64,000 nt of DNA from Vicinamibacterales bacterium (GTDB lineage Bacteria; Acidobacteriota; Vicinamibacteria; Vicinamibacterales; SCN-69-37). Positions within the stretch are counted from its first letter, which is position 1; each line of letters begins with the position of its first letter. The notes under the pieces were generated by a model. It searched no databases and had not been told where the DNA came from. It saw only the letters and a program-made list of their open reading frames with translations. The stretch covers positions 66,257 to 130,256 of the forward strand of contig JAURFE010000005.1 of the NCBI GenBank assembly GCA_030827135.1, given 5' to 3'. Below are positions 8,135-16,691 of this stretch, piece by piece. A program made the translations under genes and the position numbers.

Positions 8135-11100
8135 ATGTTGATGCGCCGTCCGCGCATACTCGCGCGAGTGACCACCCTGCTGGCCGTTGTGATGGCCACG
8201 CTCATCGCGGCCCCCGTCGCGGCCCAGACGCCGTTTGTGCCGTACTTCGGCAAGAACCGCGTCAAATACGACAAGTTCCAGTGGCACATCTACCAGACCG
8301 AACACTTCGAGATTTATTACTATCCGGAACTCGAGCCGCACCTCGAACGCATCGCCTCGTATGCCGAGAGCGCCTACCAGCGGATCAGTTCCGAACTGAA
8401 GCACGATCTGGCCAAGCGGGTGCCGCTCATCCTCTTCAAGACGCAGAGTGAGTTCCAGCAGCAGGACATCTCCGGGAGCGAATTGCCCGAGGGGGTGCTG
8501 GCGTTTGCCGAGCCCTACCGGGACCGGATGGTGTTGCCCATCGATGAACCGCCGGATCAGCTGTACCGGCTGATCACCCACGAACTGACGCACGTCTTCG
8601 AGTTCGACGTCATCCCCCGCGGCCTCATGGGCTCCTCGATTCCCCTCTGGGTGGACGAGGGCCTCGCCAACTACATGGCCGGGTACTGGAACGTGCTGGA
8701 CCTGATGCAGGTGCGCGATGCGGCGCTGACCGACAGCGTGCCGCGCATGAGCGAATTCGAGAGCCAGCCGCTCTCGGGCCGCCTCCCCTACTCGATGGGC
8801 CACGCCGCGTTCGAGTTCATCTCCTCCAAGTGGGGCCAGGACGGCCTCCGGCAGTTCCTCTTCTCCCTGCGCAAGAACGTCATCGGCGGCGGCGAAAGCG
8901 CGTATGAGGAGGCCCTGCGCGTCAAGCCGGACGAATTTGATGAACAGTTCGAACGCTACATCAAGGAACGGTTCCGCGCGTTCCGCGACCAGGAGCGCCC
9001 CGCCGACTATGGGCGGAATCTCGCGCCGCGCCGCGATCGGTCGCAGTACGTATCGGTGCTGTCGATTGAGCCCTCCCCGATCGGCGATGTCATCGCGACG
9101 GTCGTGGGCAACTCCCGGGATCAGGAACTCGACATCATTCTGATCTCGGCCAAGGACGGCCAGGTGATCCGCAACCTGACCAAGGGATTCGATCACCGCA
9201 GGGGCTGGGAGTACATCGCAACCGCCGGCGGCCTGCGCGGCAACATGGTGCCGTGGATCTCGTGGGCCCCGAAGGGCGACCGCATCGCGTACTTTGTGCG
9301 GACCGAGAAGCACAAAACCCTCGTCATCCAGGACGTCGTCAGTGGCCGCATCGAACAGCGGCTGAATCTTGAGCAGGTGGACGCCCCGGAATCCCCCGCC
9401 TTCAGCCCCGATGGCACCCGCGTGGCGTTTTCGGCGCTGAAAGGCGCGGTGAGCGACATCTTTGTCGTGGACCTGGCCACCGGCGACCTGACCAACCTGA
9501 CCGACGATGCCTTTGCCGATTACGCGCCGACCTTTGCACCCGACGGCCGCACGGTCGTCTACACGGCGCGGGTCAGCGGCAACGACAAGTTGTTCCGCGT
9601 CGGCGCGACCGGCGGCGCCAAGACGCAGCTGACGTTCGGCACCCACGACGACACCGCCGCAAAGTTTTTTGATGCGACCACGGTGTACTTCATCTCGACG
9701 GCGACCGATCCGGCCGTAATGCTGGCGCCCGACGTGGCGCGTGACGGCAACATTCCGAACATCTGGTCGCTGAACCTCGCGACGGGTGAACTGCAGCAAT
9801 GGACGGACACGGCCACCGGCAACGTCTCCCCCGCCATTCTGCGTGAAGGCACCACGACGCGCGTCGCGTTCGTGTCCTACTACAAGGGCGAAAACGGCAT
9901 TCATGTGATGAGCCGCGACAAGGCTCTGCTCGCCGTCCCCTCATCGGACTTCGGCGCGCCGGGCCCGATCATCGACTTCCAGCCGCCCCTGAGCCACACG
10001 CTGGTGCGCGACAACATCCAGCGCAAGGGCCCGTGGGAGAAGCTGACGCTCGACGGCCGCCCCCCGGTGAACCTCGGCGTCACCAGCGGCGGCGACTTCT
10101 TCGGCGGCACCCAGGTGTCGTTCACGGATCTGCTCGGCGGCAAACAGATCAACTTCTTCGCATCCTCGGTCTCGCAGTACCGCACGATGGCCTTGACCTA
10201 CATCAATGTCGAGAACCGGGTGCAGTACTCGGCCCAGGCGTTTTCGCAGGATGTGTTTTATTACGGCCAGCTCGACAACTATCTCTACGGCGCGGGACTG
10301 GTGCCGTTTATCGACCGTGACCGCGCGCTCTCGGTCCGGACCCAACGCGGCGTGACCGGCTTTGCGATCTACCCGTTCAACCGGTACACGCGTCTGGAGC
10401 TCTCCGGCGGCTATGTCTACCTGCGGGAACGCTTCGCCGACGAGGAGCTCCAGGATCTCTCCGAGCAGTATCAGCGGGAGAACTTCGGCACCACCTTCTA
10501 TCAGAGCGGGCACGTGGTGCCGCTGGGCCTGTCACTGGTGCACGAGACGACGGTGTTCCGCGACTACGGCCCCGTCTCGGGCACCGCCGCGAATATCGGC
10601 GTGCAGTACTCGCCGAAAATCGGCAACTCGCTGACGCGCCGGACGGTGGAGGGCGATGTGCGGTTCTACCAGCGGATCGGCACCAACGGCGTGCTGGCGT
10701 TCCGCGGCCGCGGCCTGAAGAGCTGGGGCACCAACCCCGACTTCCTGTTCTTCGGTGGCAACTCCGAAATGCGCGGCTACGAGTACCTTGAGTTCATCGG
10801 CCACAAGGCGTTTTTTGCCAACCTTGAACTGCGCATCCCGCTGGTCGAGGCCATGCTGACGCCGCTGGGTGTGGTCGGCGGCCTGCGCGGCACTGCGTTT
10901 TTCAACGTCGGTGGCGCCGGCATCAACGGTCAGTCGTTCTCGCCGTTTGCCAGCAAGGTGGAGATCCTGCCGGTGCTCGTGGACTATGAGTTTGATCCGT
11001 TCCGCGGGTACACACCGGTGTATCAGGATGTGCTCTTCTCCGGCTTCCGCCTCAAGGATGCCCGCGCCGCCTACGGCATCGGTCTCCAGAGCTTCCTCCT

Positions 11101-11239
11101 CGGCTTCCCGATGCACTTCGACTGGTCGTGGAAGACACACCTCAATCGCGACTACGAGGACCTGATCTACTACTTCTACGGCGGCAGCGAAGCTTTCCGG
11201 AAGGTCAAGTTCTCGTTCTGGATCGGCTATGACTTCTGA
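8135..11239 (+). CDS. large outer-membrane protein: peptidase-MA-like domain + TolB/PD40 beta-propeller + Omp85-like C-terminal barrel
   Basis: Signal peptide ending PVAAQ. HELTHVFE plus downstream VDEGLANY (HExxH...E). PD40-like repeats (SPDGTRVAF, APDGRTVVY). The C-terminal ~350 aa show an amphipathic beta pattern ending FSFWIGYDF. ATG 8135 follows GAGGTGAG; the ORF opens at GTG 8126. Confidence 0.85.
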   Translation: MLMRRPRILARVTTLLAVVMATLIAAPVAAQTPFVPYFGKNRVKYDKFQWHIYQTEHFEIYYYPELEPHLERIASYAESAYQRISSELKHDLAKRVPLILFKTQSEFQQQDISGSELPEGVLAFAEPYRDRMVLPIDEPPDQLYRLITHELTHVFEFDVIPRGLMGSSIPLWVDEGLANYMAGYWNVLDLMQVRDAALTDSVPRMSEFESQPLSGRLPYSMGHAAFEFISSKWGQDGLRQFLFSLRKNVIGGGESAYEEALRVKPDEFDEQFERYIKERFRAFRDQERPADYGRNLAPRRDRSQYVSVLSIEPSPIGDVIATVVGNSRDQELDIILISAKDGQVIRNLTKGFDHRRGWEYIATAGGLRGNMVPWISWAPKGDRIAYFVRTEKHKTLVIQDVVSGRIEQRLNLEQVDAPESPAFSPDGTRVAFSALKGAVSDIFVVDLATGDLTNLTDDAFADYAPTFAPDGRTVVYTARVSGNDKLFRVGATGGAKTQLTFGTHDDTAAKFFDATTVYFISTATDPAVMLAPDVARDGNIPNIWSLNLATGELQQWTDTATGNVSPAILREGTTTRVAFVSYYKGENGIHVMSRDKALLAVPSSDFGAPGPIIDFQPPLSHTLVRDNIQRKGPWEKLTLDGRPPVNLGVTSGGDFFGGTQVSFTDLLGGKQINFFASSVSQYRTMALTYINVENRVQYSAQAFSQDVFYYGQLDNYLYGAGLVPFIDRDRALSVRTQRGVTGFAIYPFNRYTRLELSGGYVYLRERFADEELQDLSEQYQRENFGTTFYQSGHVVPLGLSLVHETTVFRDYGPVSGTAANIGVQYSPKIGNSLTRRTVEGDVRFYQRIGTNGVLAFRGRGLKSWGTNPDFLFFGGNSEMRGYEYLEFIGHKAFFANLELRIPLVEAMLTPLGVVGGLRGTAFFNVGGAGINGQSFSPFASKVEILPVLVDYEFDPFRGYTPVYQDVLFSGFRLKDARAAYGIGLQSFLLGFPMHFDWSWKTHLNRDYEDLIYYFYGGSEAFRKVKFSFWIGYDF

Positions 11240-11266
11240 TGCGGCGCTTGCCGCGCATCAGAAGTC
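11231..11266 (+). terminator. stem-loop overlapping the stop codon of the 8135-11239 gene
   Basis: gacttctgatgcg (11231-11243) pairs perfectly with cgcatcagaagtc (11254-11266), giving a 13-bp stem. There is no clear T-tract. Confidence 0.5.
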
Positions 11267-11415
11267 ATTGAGGATGGAGGATTGAGGATTGAGGATTTAT
11301 TGTGGGAATGAGGAATTGGGATTGAGGGATTGAGGGATTGAGGGATTGAGGGATTGAGGGATTGAGGCGACGCCGAACACCACAAATCCTCAATCCTCAA
11401 TCCTCCATCCTCAAT
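11267..11415. repeat. ATTGAGG-family element: 32-nt perfect inverted repeat flanking ATTGAGGG x5.9 tandem core
   Basis: Left arm attgaggatggaggattgaggattgaggattt (11267-11298) is the exact reverse complement of 11384-11415. The core at 11321-11367 is attgaggg repeated: five G3 tracts with 5-nt loops. Confidence 0.95.
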
Positions 11416-11430
11416 AACACGCTATACACC

Positions 11431-11898
11431 ATGGCTTTTCCTCAGGATTCGTACACCGAAATGGTGCAGGTCGTGTTGCCGAACGATGCCAACCCTCTGG
11501 GGTTCATTCTCGGCGGCACGGTCATGCACCTGATTGACATCGCCGGCGCCATTGCCTGCCATCGGCACACGCGCAGCCTGCTGGTCACGGCCGCCGTCGA
11601 TGATCTGCAGTTTCTCCACCCGATCAAGGTGGGCGACCTGATCATTCTGCAGGCGCGTGTGACGGCGGCCTGGAAGACCTCACTGGAGGTGGAGGTCGAG
11701 GTCTATTCGGAGGAGACACTGACCGGCGTGCGGCGCATGACGAGCCGCGCCTATCTGACCTTTGTTGCCATCGACCGGCAGGGTGGCAAGGTCACGATTC
11801 CCCCGCTCGAACTCACCACGGACGCGGAACGCGCCAATGCCGAAGGCGCGCAGGAGCGCCGGCGCGCGCGCCTGGCGCGCAAGGCGACGGCCGGTTAG
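11431..11898 (+). CDS. acyl-CoA thioesterase (hotdog fold, YciA-like)
   Basis: [29 protein letters not shown] is typical of YciA-type thioesterases. ATG 11431 lies just past the repeat; the track ORF start at 11362 lies inside the repeat. Confidence 0.85.
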   Translation: MAFPQDSYTEMVQVVLPNDANPLGFILGGTVMHLIDIAGAIACHRHTRSLLVTAAVDDLQFLHPIKVGDLIILQARVTAAWKTSLEVEVEVYSEETLTGVRRMTSRAYLTFVAIDRQGGKVTIPPLELTTDAERANAEGAQERRRARLARKATAG

Positions 11899-12827
11899 AC
11901 GTTGCGGAGGCGGACGCGTCTGACGGCGTGGGCGGGACCTTTTTCAAGAATCAGGCGCGCGCGCTCGCGCGTCGGAAAGATGTTGTCCCGCAGGTTGACG
12001 CCGTTGATCGTGCGCCAGATATCGTGCGCCGTCTCCACAGCCTGGGCATCCGTGAGACAGGAAAACCGGTGAAAGTAGGATCGCGGGTCGCGGAACACCG
12101 TCTCGCGCAGGGTCTGGAACCGTGCGACGTACCACGCCTCAATGTCGGCCTCGTCGGCGTCGACGTAGATCGAAAAATCGAAATAGTCGGATACAAACAT
12201 CCGCGCCGACCGGCCCGGATGCCCGTCACCTGTCTGCAGCACGTTCAGGCCTTCGACGATCACGATGTCGGGGCGGTCGACGACCTGGAACTCGCCGGGA
12301 AGGATGTCGTACGCCTGGTGCGAGTAGACCGGCGCGTGTACGGCGCCACGGGCCGCCTTGACGTCGGCCATGAACTGCACCAGCGTGCGGACGTCGTAAC
12401 TCTCCGGGAACCCCTTGCGCGCCAGGAGCCCGCGTTCCTCGAGCACCCGGTTGGGGTGCAGGAAGCCGTCGGTGGTGACCAGGTCCACGCGGGGATGAGC
12501 GGGCCAGCGCGCCAGCAGCGCGCGCAGGATGCGGGAAAAGGTGCTTTTCCCCACCGCCACACTGCCCGCCACGCCGATCACGTAGGGAATGGGCGCCGCC
12601 AGGCTCCCCAGAAAGGTGTCGGTCGCCTTGTGCAGCGTCTGGGTCGCCGAGACGTGCAGGTTGAGGAGCCGCGAGAGCGGCAGGTAAATCGTCTCGACTT
12701 CCTCAAGAGAGACCCGTTCGTTGAGCCCCTGGAGTTCAGCGAGATCGGCCTCGCTGAGTGTCAGCGGCGTGGCGGCCCTCAGGGCCGACCACGACCGCCG
12801 ATCGAAATCGAGATACGGAGACGCCAC
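11895..12827 (-). CDS. coaA: type I pantothenate kinase
   Basis: [14 protein letters not shown]-terminus, P-loop [14 protein letters not shown], length 310 aa. Starts immediately after the ferredoxin stop. Confidence 0.9.
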   Translation of the reverse strand: MASPYLDFDRRSWSALRAATPLTLSEADLAELQGLNERVSLEEVETIYLPLSRLLNLHVSATQTLHKATDTFLGSLAAPIPYVIGVAGSVAVGKSTFSRILRALLARWPAHPRVDLVTTDGFLHPNRVLEERGLLARKGFPESYDVRTLVQFMADVKAARGAVHAPVYSHQAYDILPGEFQVVDRPDIVIVEGLNVLQTGDGHPGRSARMFVSDYFDFSIYVDADEADIEAWYVARFQTLRETVFRDPRSYFHRFSCLTDAQAVETAHDIWRTINGVNLRDNIFPTRERARLILEKGPAHAVRRVRLRNV

Positions 12828-13088
12828 CTACTTGTTGTAATGGGCGGCGTTTTCCTCGATGAAGCTCTTCCACTTGTCCGGCACTTCGTCGAGCGCGAAG
12901 ATCGCTTCGACCGGGCAGGCCGGCACGCACGCGCCGCAATCGATGCACTCATCGGGATGGATGTAGAGCATCTTCGCTTCTTCGTATCCCGCTTCGTCTT
13001 TCCGGGGATGAATGCAGTCCACCGGGCACACGTCCACACAGGCGGTGTCCTTGGTGCCGATGCAGGGCTCGGTAATGATGTACGCCAT
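12828..13088 (-). CDS. ferredoxin (two Fe-S cluster motifs, 7Fe-type pattern)
   Basis: [14 protein letters not shown] (Cx7Cx3CP) and [12 protein letters not shown] (CxxCxxCxxxCP); 86 aa. Confidence 0.9.
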   Translation of the reverse strand: MAYIITEPCIGTKDTACVDVCPVDCIHPRKDEAGYEEAKMLYIHPDECIDCGACVPACPVEAIFALDEVPDKWKSFIEENAAHYNK

Positions 13089-13110
13089 AGTGGGGGCATT
13101 TTATACGGAA

Positions 13111-14031
13111 ATGCCCCGTGTTTCGTATGAGGAGGATCGTGTGATTGCAGTGTCTCGGTGTGCGGCCGCCCTGGCGGCGTCCGTCCTGGTCGTATTTTCG
13201 GCGCCATTCGTCAGTGTCGCGCAGGCCCAGACGCCGGCCCCCGCTCCCCCGGACGCCGACGACTACGCCATCAACCTGCTCCAGCCGGATTTCGGGCTGG
13301 TGGCGCTCCCCACGTCCCTGCGCATCCCCCAGGGGCGGTTCGCGTTCCGGATGAGCCACCGCTTTTCACGGCCGGTCGCGGGCACCTGCCCCGACGCCGG
13401 CCCGAAGCCCGACGGCTGCGGCGGCGTTGGCGCGTTCGTCGAGAACTTCTTCGGCTTTGACAGCAGTGCGAAGGTGGGCTTCGAGGTGCGATACGGCGTC
13501 GTCTCCGGCACCCAGGTCGCCCTGCAGCGGACCAACGACCGCGCCATCCAGGTCCTGGCGCAGCACCAACTGTTCCGGAGCGCGTCGCAGCCGGTGACGG
13601 TCGACGTCCTCGCGGCCGTGGAAGGCCAGAACAACTTTCGCGAGACGCACACGCTGACAGCCGGTGCGGTCGTGACGTATCTGGCGTCCGACCGAGGCGC
13701 GCTCTACGCGCATCCCGTCCTGCTCTTCAACTCGAATCCCGCCTCCGACACCGACACCGACGACAACCACACGGTGTTGCTCGGCGTCGGCGGACGCCTG
13801 CGTCTCGGTCAGACGAAGATGTATCTGGTGGCCGAGGCGGCCCCGCGACTGGCCGGCTTCAAGCCGGGGGTGGACCACATCTCGTTTGGCTTCGAACATC
13901 GGGCCGGCGGCCACATGTTTCAGCTGAACGTCTCGAACTCGTTCGGGTCCACGCTGCGCCAGGTCGCCCTCGGAGGTCCCGGCAACGGCGACTGGTTCAT
14001 CGGCTTCAATCTGTCACGGAGGTTCTACTGA
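13111..14031 (+). CDS. putative outer-membrane beta-barrel protein (DUF5777-like)
   Basis: Signal peptide ...VFSAPFVSVAQAQ. Alternating beta pattern and an aromatic C-terminus NLSRRFY. Start is uncertain (ATG 13111 or GTG 13141 after GGAGGA). The track start 13012 overlaps the ferredoxin gene. Confidence 0.6.
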   Translation: MPRVSYEEDRVIAVSRCAAALAASVLVVFSAPFVSVAQAQTPAPAPPDADDYAINLLQPDFGLVALPTSLRIPQGRFAFRMSHRFSRPVAGTCPDAGPKPDGCGGVGAFVENFFGFDSSAKVGFEVRYGVVSGTQVALQRTNDRAIQVLAQHQLFRSASQPVTVDVLAAVEGQNNFRETHTLTAGAVVTYLASDRGALYAHPVLLFNSNPASDTDTDDNHTVLLGVGGRLRLGQTKMYLVAEAAPRLAGFKPGVDHISFGFEHRAGGHMFQLNVSNSFGSTLRQVALGGPGNGDWFIGFNLSRRFY

Positions 14032-14414
14032 TGCGCGCTGCCCTGCTCGTCTGTCTGTGCGCCGCCACCGCTGCCGCGTGCGGCGGCAGTTCGACGCCCA
14101 CCACCCCAGGCGGCAACACCACGCCGACGGCCACCAACACGATCACCATCACGTCGGCCGGCGCCAGTCCGCGCAACATCCAGATCGCCCCCGGCACCCG
14201 GGTGACGTTCGTCAACAACGACTCGCGGTCCCACAACATGACCAGCGACCCGCACCCCGAGCACACGCAGTGCCCTGAACTGAATCAGGTCGGCCTGCTC
14301 GCCGCCGGCCAGTCGCGCGAATCCGGCAACCTCAACACCGTCCGCACCTGCGGCTTCCACGATCACGACAATCCCGGGGTCGCGAACCTCACTGGGACGA
14401 TCACGATTCGATAA
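14031..14414 (+). CDS. small cupredoxin-like lipoprotein
   Basis: Lipobox AAACGG and a Thr/Pro linker. A single beta-sandwich-sized domain with SHNMTSDPHPEH and TCGFHDH (a Cys-x2-His pair, no obvious Met ligand). The ATG shares one base with the upstream stop (TGATG). Confidence 0.55.
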   Translation: MRAALLVCLCAATAAACGGSSTPTTPGGNTTPTATNTITITSAGASPRNIQIAPGTRVTFVNNDSRSHNMTSDPHPEHTQCPELNQVGLLAAGQSRESGNLNTVRTCGFHDHDNPGVANLTGTITIR

Positions 14415-14566
14415 GGCAATTGGGCAATGGGGCAATGAGGCAATGGAATGAGGCAATGTGGCAGTGGGCCAATGATGAGTGTTGGGGTCGCGCTGTAGTC
14501 ATTACCCTATTGGCCCATTGCCTCATTCCATTGCCTCATTGCCTCATTGCCCCATTGCCTCATTCC
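14415..14566. repeat. GGCAATGR-family palindromic array
   Basis: ggcaattgggcaatggggcaatgaggcaatggaatgaggcaatgtggcagtgggccaat, then a centre, then attggcccattgcctcattccattgcctcattgcctcattgccccattgcctcattcc. Lies between convergent genes and overlaps the kinase stop at 14560-14562. Confidence 0.95.
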
Positions 14567-15849
14567 ACAGCCCCGGCCGCAGGCCCCGGCCTGCAGGTGA
14601 AGCTCTCGACAATGCCCGTGGGATGGCAGGTGTCGATATAGGCCTGGCGCCAGCGGGTGGCGAAGGTCTCGGCCTCGTCCGTGGGAACGAGCGCCCAGAC
14701 ACTGCCGCCGAAGCCGGCACCGAAGGCGGATGCGGCAAAGGCGCCGTGTGCGTACGCCAGATGGGCAAGCGCGATGGTTTCCGGAATCTGATTGCCGAGC
14801 AGCGTCTCTGCGTCCGCCTGTGACGCGCGCGTCAGCGCACCCACCGCCACGGCATCCGCGTCTGCGAACGCGCGGGCCGCGAGCGGTACGCGCGCCACCT
14901 CGCGTGAGACCTGCGAGAGCCGCCGCTCGAGATCCGCCGGCGAGAAGTCCGGCACCTCGATGCGTGTGAGGGCCTCGCGCAGCCGGCGCTCAGCATCCGG
15001 CGCACTGGCCAGCGCCGCCGCCAATGACGGATTCGTCGAGCCGGTCTCGGCCTGCCAGATCCGCACGAGCGCCCGCACCCCCAATGCCGCGCGGTTGTAG
15101 CGATCGCGCACCGACCCCGCCTTGTCGGCGTGAACGCCACTTGAGAGAATCACAAACGTCCAGTCGGGCGACATGCGCGAGTCCCCGAGCCGCCGCACCG
15201 GCATGAAGCCGAAGTGGCTGACGTGATCGGCGCGGCACGCCAGAATCGCCGTGTGGTCCTGACTGCCGCCGTGGGTGCCGACGCCGGCCGTGCCTGCCAG
15301 CGATTTGTAGGTCAGCCCGTTTTCAACACAGCCCAGGTACCAGGCGAGATCTTCCGGAGAGGTAATCTCCCGCCGCCAGTCGTCGCGGCGGTCGGCGCCA
15401 CTGCGTCTGATCAATGCCGTCGCCAGCCCCACCACCAGCGCGCTCGAACTGCTGACGCCGGCTGCGCGTGGCAGATCGCTCGCAATCGCGATGTCGGTCC
15501 CCAGCGGAATGCCGGGAAAGTTCCTGGCAAGCCGCCGGACGGTCACCGCCGCGTAGTTGACCCACCCCCGCATCGGCGTGTCATCCCCCGCCGAGATCAG
15601 CACTTCCTCGTGGTGCCGCGCATCAATCACCCGAAGGTCGTCGTCATCACGCGGCCCCGCCACGACCGCAAACCCACGCGGTACGGTGGCGAGCAGCGAC
15701 TCGCCCCCGGCGTAGTCGGTGTGTTTGCCGAAAATCTCGATGCGGCCCGGCACGTGCCACCGCCAGGTCGCCGGGCGTCCCGTGCGAGCGAGGAACTGCG
15801 CCTCAGCCTGGGCCACCAGCGCGTCACGACCGATGACCGGCGGCGTCAC
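14560..15849 (-). CDS. galactokinase-like GHMP sugar kinase
   Basis: GRIEIFGKHTDYAGG (galactokinase signature-like), GHMP motif PRAAGVSSSSALVV, C-terminal GAGFGGSVWALV. Confidence 0.8.
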   Translation of the reverse strand: MTPPVIGRDALVAQAEAQFLARTGRPATWRWHVPGRIEIFGKHTDYAGGESLLATVPRGFAVVAGPRDDDDLRVIDARHHEEVLISAGDDTPMRGWVNYAAVTVRRLARNFPGIPLGTDIAIASDLPRAAGVSSSSALVVGLATALIRRSGADRRDDWRREITSPEDLAWYLGCVENGLTYKSLAGTAGVGTHGGSQDHTAILACRADHVSHFGFMPVRRLGDSRMSPDWTFVILSSGVHADKAGSVRDRYNRAALGVRALVRIWQAETGSTNPSLAAALASAPDAERRLREALTRIEVPDFSPADLERRLSQVSREVARVPLAARAFADADAVAVGALTRASQADAETLLGNQIPETIALAHLAYAHGAFAASAFGAGFGGSVWALVPTDEAETFATRWRQAYIDTCHPTGIVESFTCRPGPAAGAVE

Positions 15850-16691
15850 GGACGCGCCTCCAGCCGCTGCAGTCGTGCGGTGACCGACACCACATCCTCG
15901 CGACGCGAGAGGTCAAGCACGGGCCCGCTGGCGGGGATCGCGCGCACCCGCACCCCTCGCGCGATGGCCAGCCGAATGGCCGCCGGCAACTCGAACTCCC
16001 CGCGCGCCGACAGGGGCACGTCACGGCAGGCGCGCAGCACGTCCTCGTTCCCGCGCCAGCAGTTCATGCTGATGAGCGCCTTCGGGCCGGCCGCCTCCAT
16101 CACCTCGGCGCCGGGCTTCTCCACGATGTCCGAGAGCAGCCCCTCGGAGGTCACCTGCAGCAGGGCAAACGCCGCCACCCGCGCATCCGGAATGCCGCTC
16201 GACTGCACGAGGTCGTCGCGCTCGTAGACCGGCAGCGCGGGGCCATCCGCCTCCCGCAACGCGCGCAGGGCCTCGACACCATACAGATTGTCGGCATTGA
16301 GCACGACAAAGGGCCGTGCGCCAATCCAGTCGCCGGCAGACGCCACGGCATCGGCGGTGCCGCGCGCCTCGGGCTGCACCACAAACGACACCCGCACCCG
16401 CGACGGCCGTCCGGCACCCATGTAGTACTCGCGTAAGGGATCCGGACGTCCGGCCGGTGCCTGGGGCGGCACGACGAGGCCCACCTCCTCATACCCCGCG
16501 TCGGCCAACGCGCTCAGGACGTAATCCAGAAAAGGCCGGGCGCGGCCATCGAGGCCCGCGAGCGGCATCATGCCCTTCTGCCCGGCCGCCGCGGCGGCGG
16601 CCTGTGCCGGAGTCAACGCCTCTGACGCGCCGTCTCGCATCCGCGTGCCCAGCCCGCGCGCGAGGATAAGCGCTACGACGGACTGGTCCAC
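15846..16691 (-). CDS. sugar-phosphate nucleotidyltransferase family protein
   Basis: LARGLGTRM G-loop near the N-terminus, plus VVQPEARGTADAV and VVLNADNLY. GTG at 16691-16689 is proposed as the start. The stop overlaps the kinase start (ATGA). The N-terminal 340 aa of the 617-aa track ORF are an out-of-frame overlap with the symporter. Confidence 0.7.
   Translation of the reverse strand: MDQSVVALILARGLGTRMRDGASEALTPAQAAAAAAGQKGMMPLAGLDGRARPFLDYVLSALADAGYEEVGLVVPPQAPAGRPDPLREYYMGAGRPSRVRVSFVVQPEARGTADAVASAGDWIGARPFVVLNADNLYGVEALRALREADGPALPVYERDDLVQSSGIPDARVAAFALLQVTSEGLLSDIVEKPGAEVMEAAGPKALISMNCWRGNEDVLRACRDVPLSARGEFELPAAIRLAIARGVRVRAIPASGPVLDLSRREDVVSVTARLQRLEARP

Noticed and set aside
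7157-9904. 915-aa ORF on the minus strand
   Set aside because: It is antisense to the well-supported 8135-11239 gene and is Arg/Gly/Ala/Val-rich with no motifs, the typical long shadow ORF of GC-rich DNA. Only its last 78 codons (7157-7393) sit in otherwise non-coding space downstream of the TlpA-like gene, and those are kept as a separate small CDS.
13012-13110. Upstream start (13012) for the beta-barrel protein gene
   Set aside because: It would overlap the ferredoxin gene on the opposite strand by 77 nt and add residues ahead of a clear signal peptide. ATG 13111 or GTG 13141 is preferred.
14415-14566. CRISPR array hypothesis for the tandem-unit regions (also 11267-11415, 21222-21376, 52326-52492, 55185-55357, 63034-63118)
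   Set aside because: The units are only 7-8 nt and directly abutting, with no unique spacers. No cas genes are in the window. The architecture is palindromic rather than repeat-spacer.
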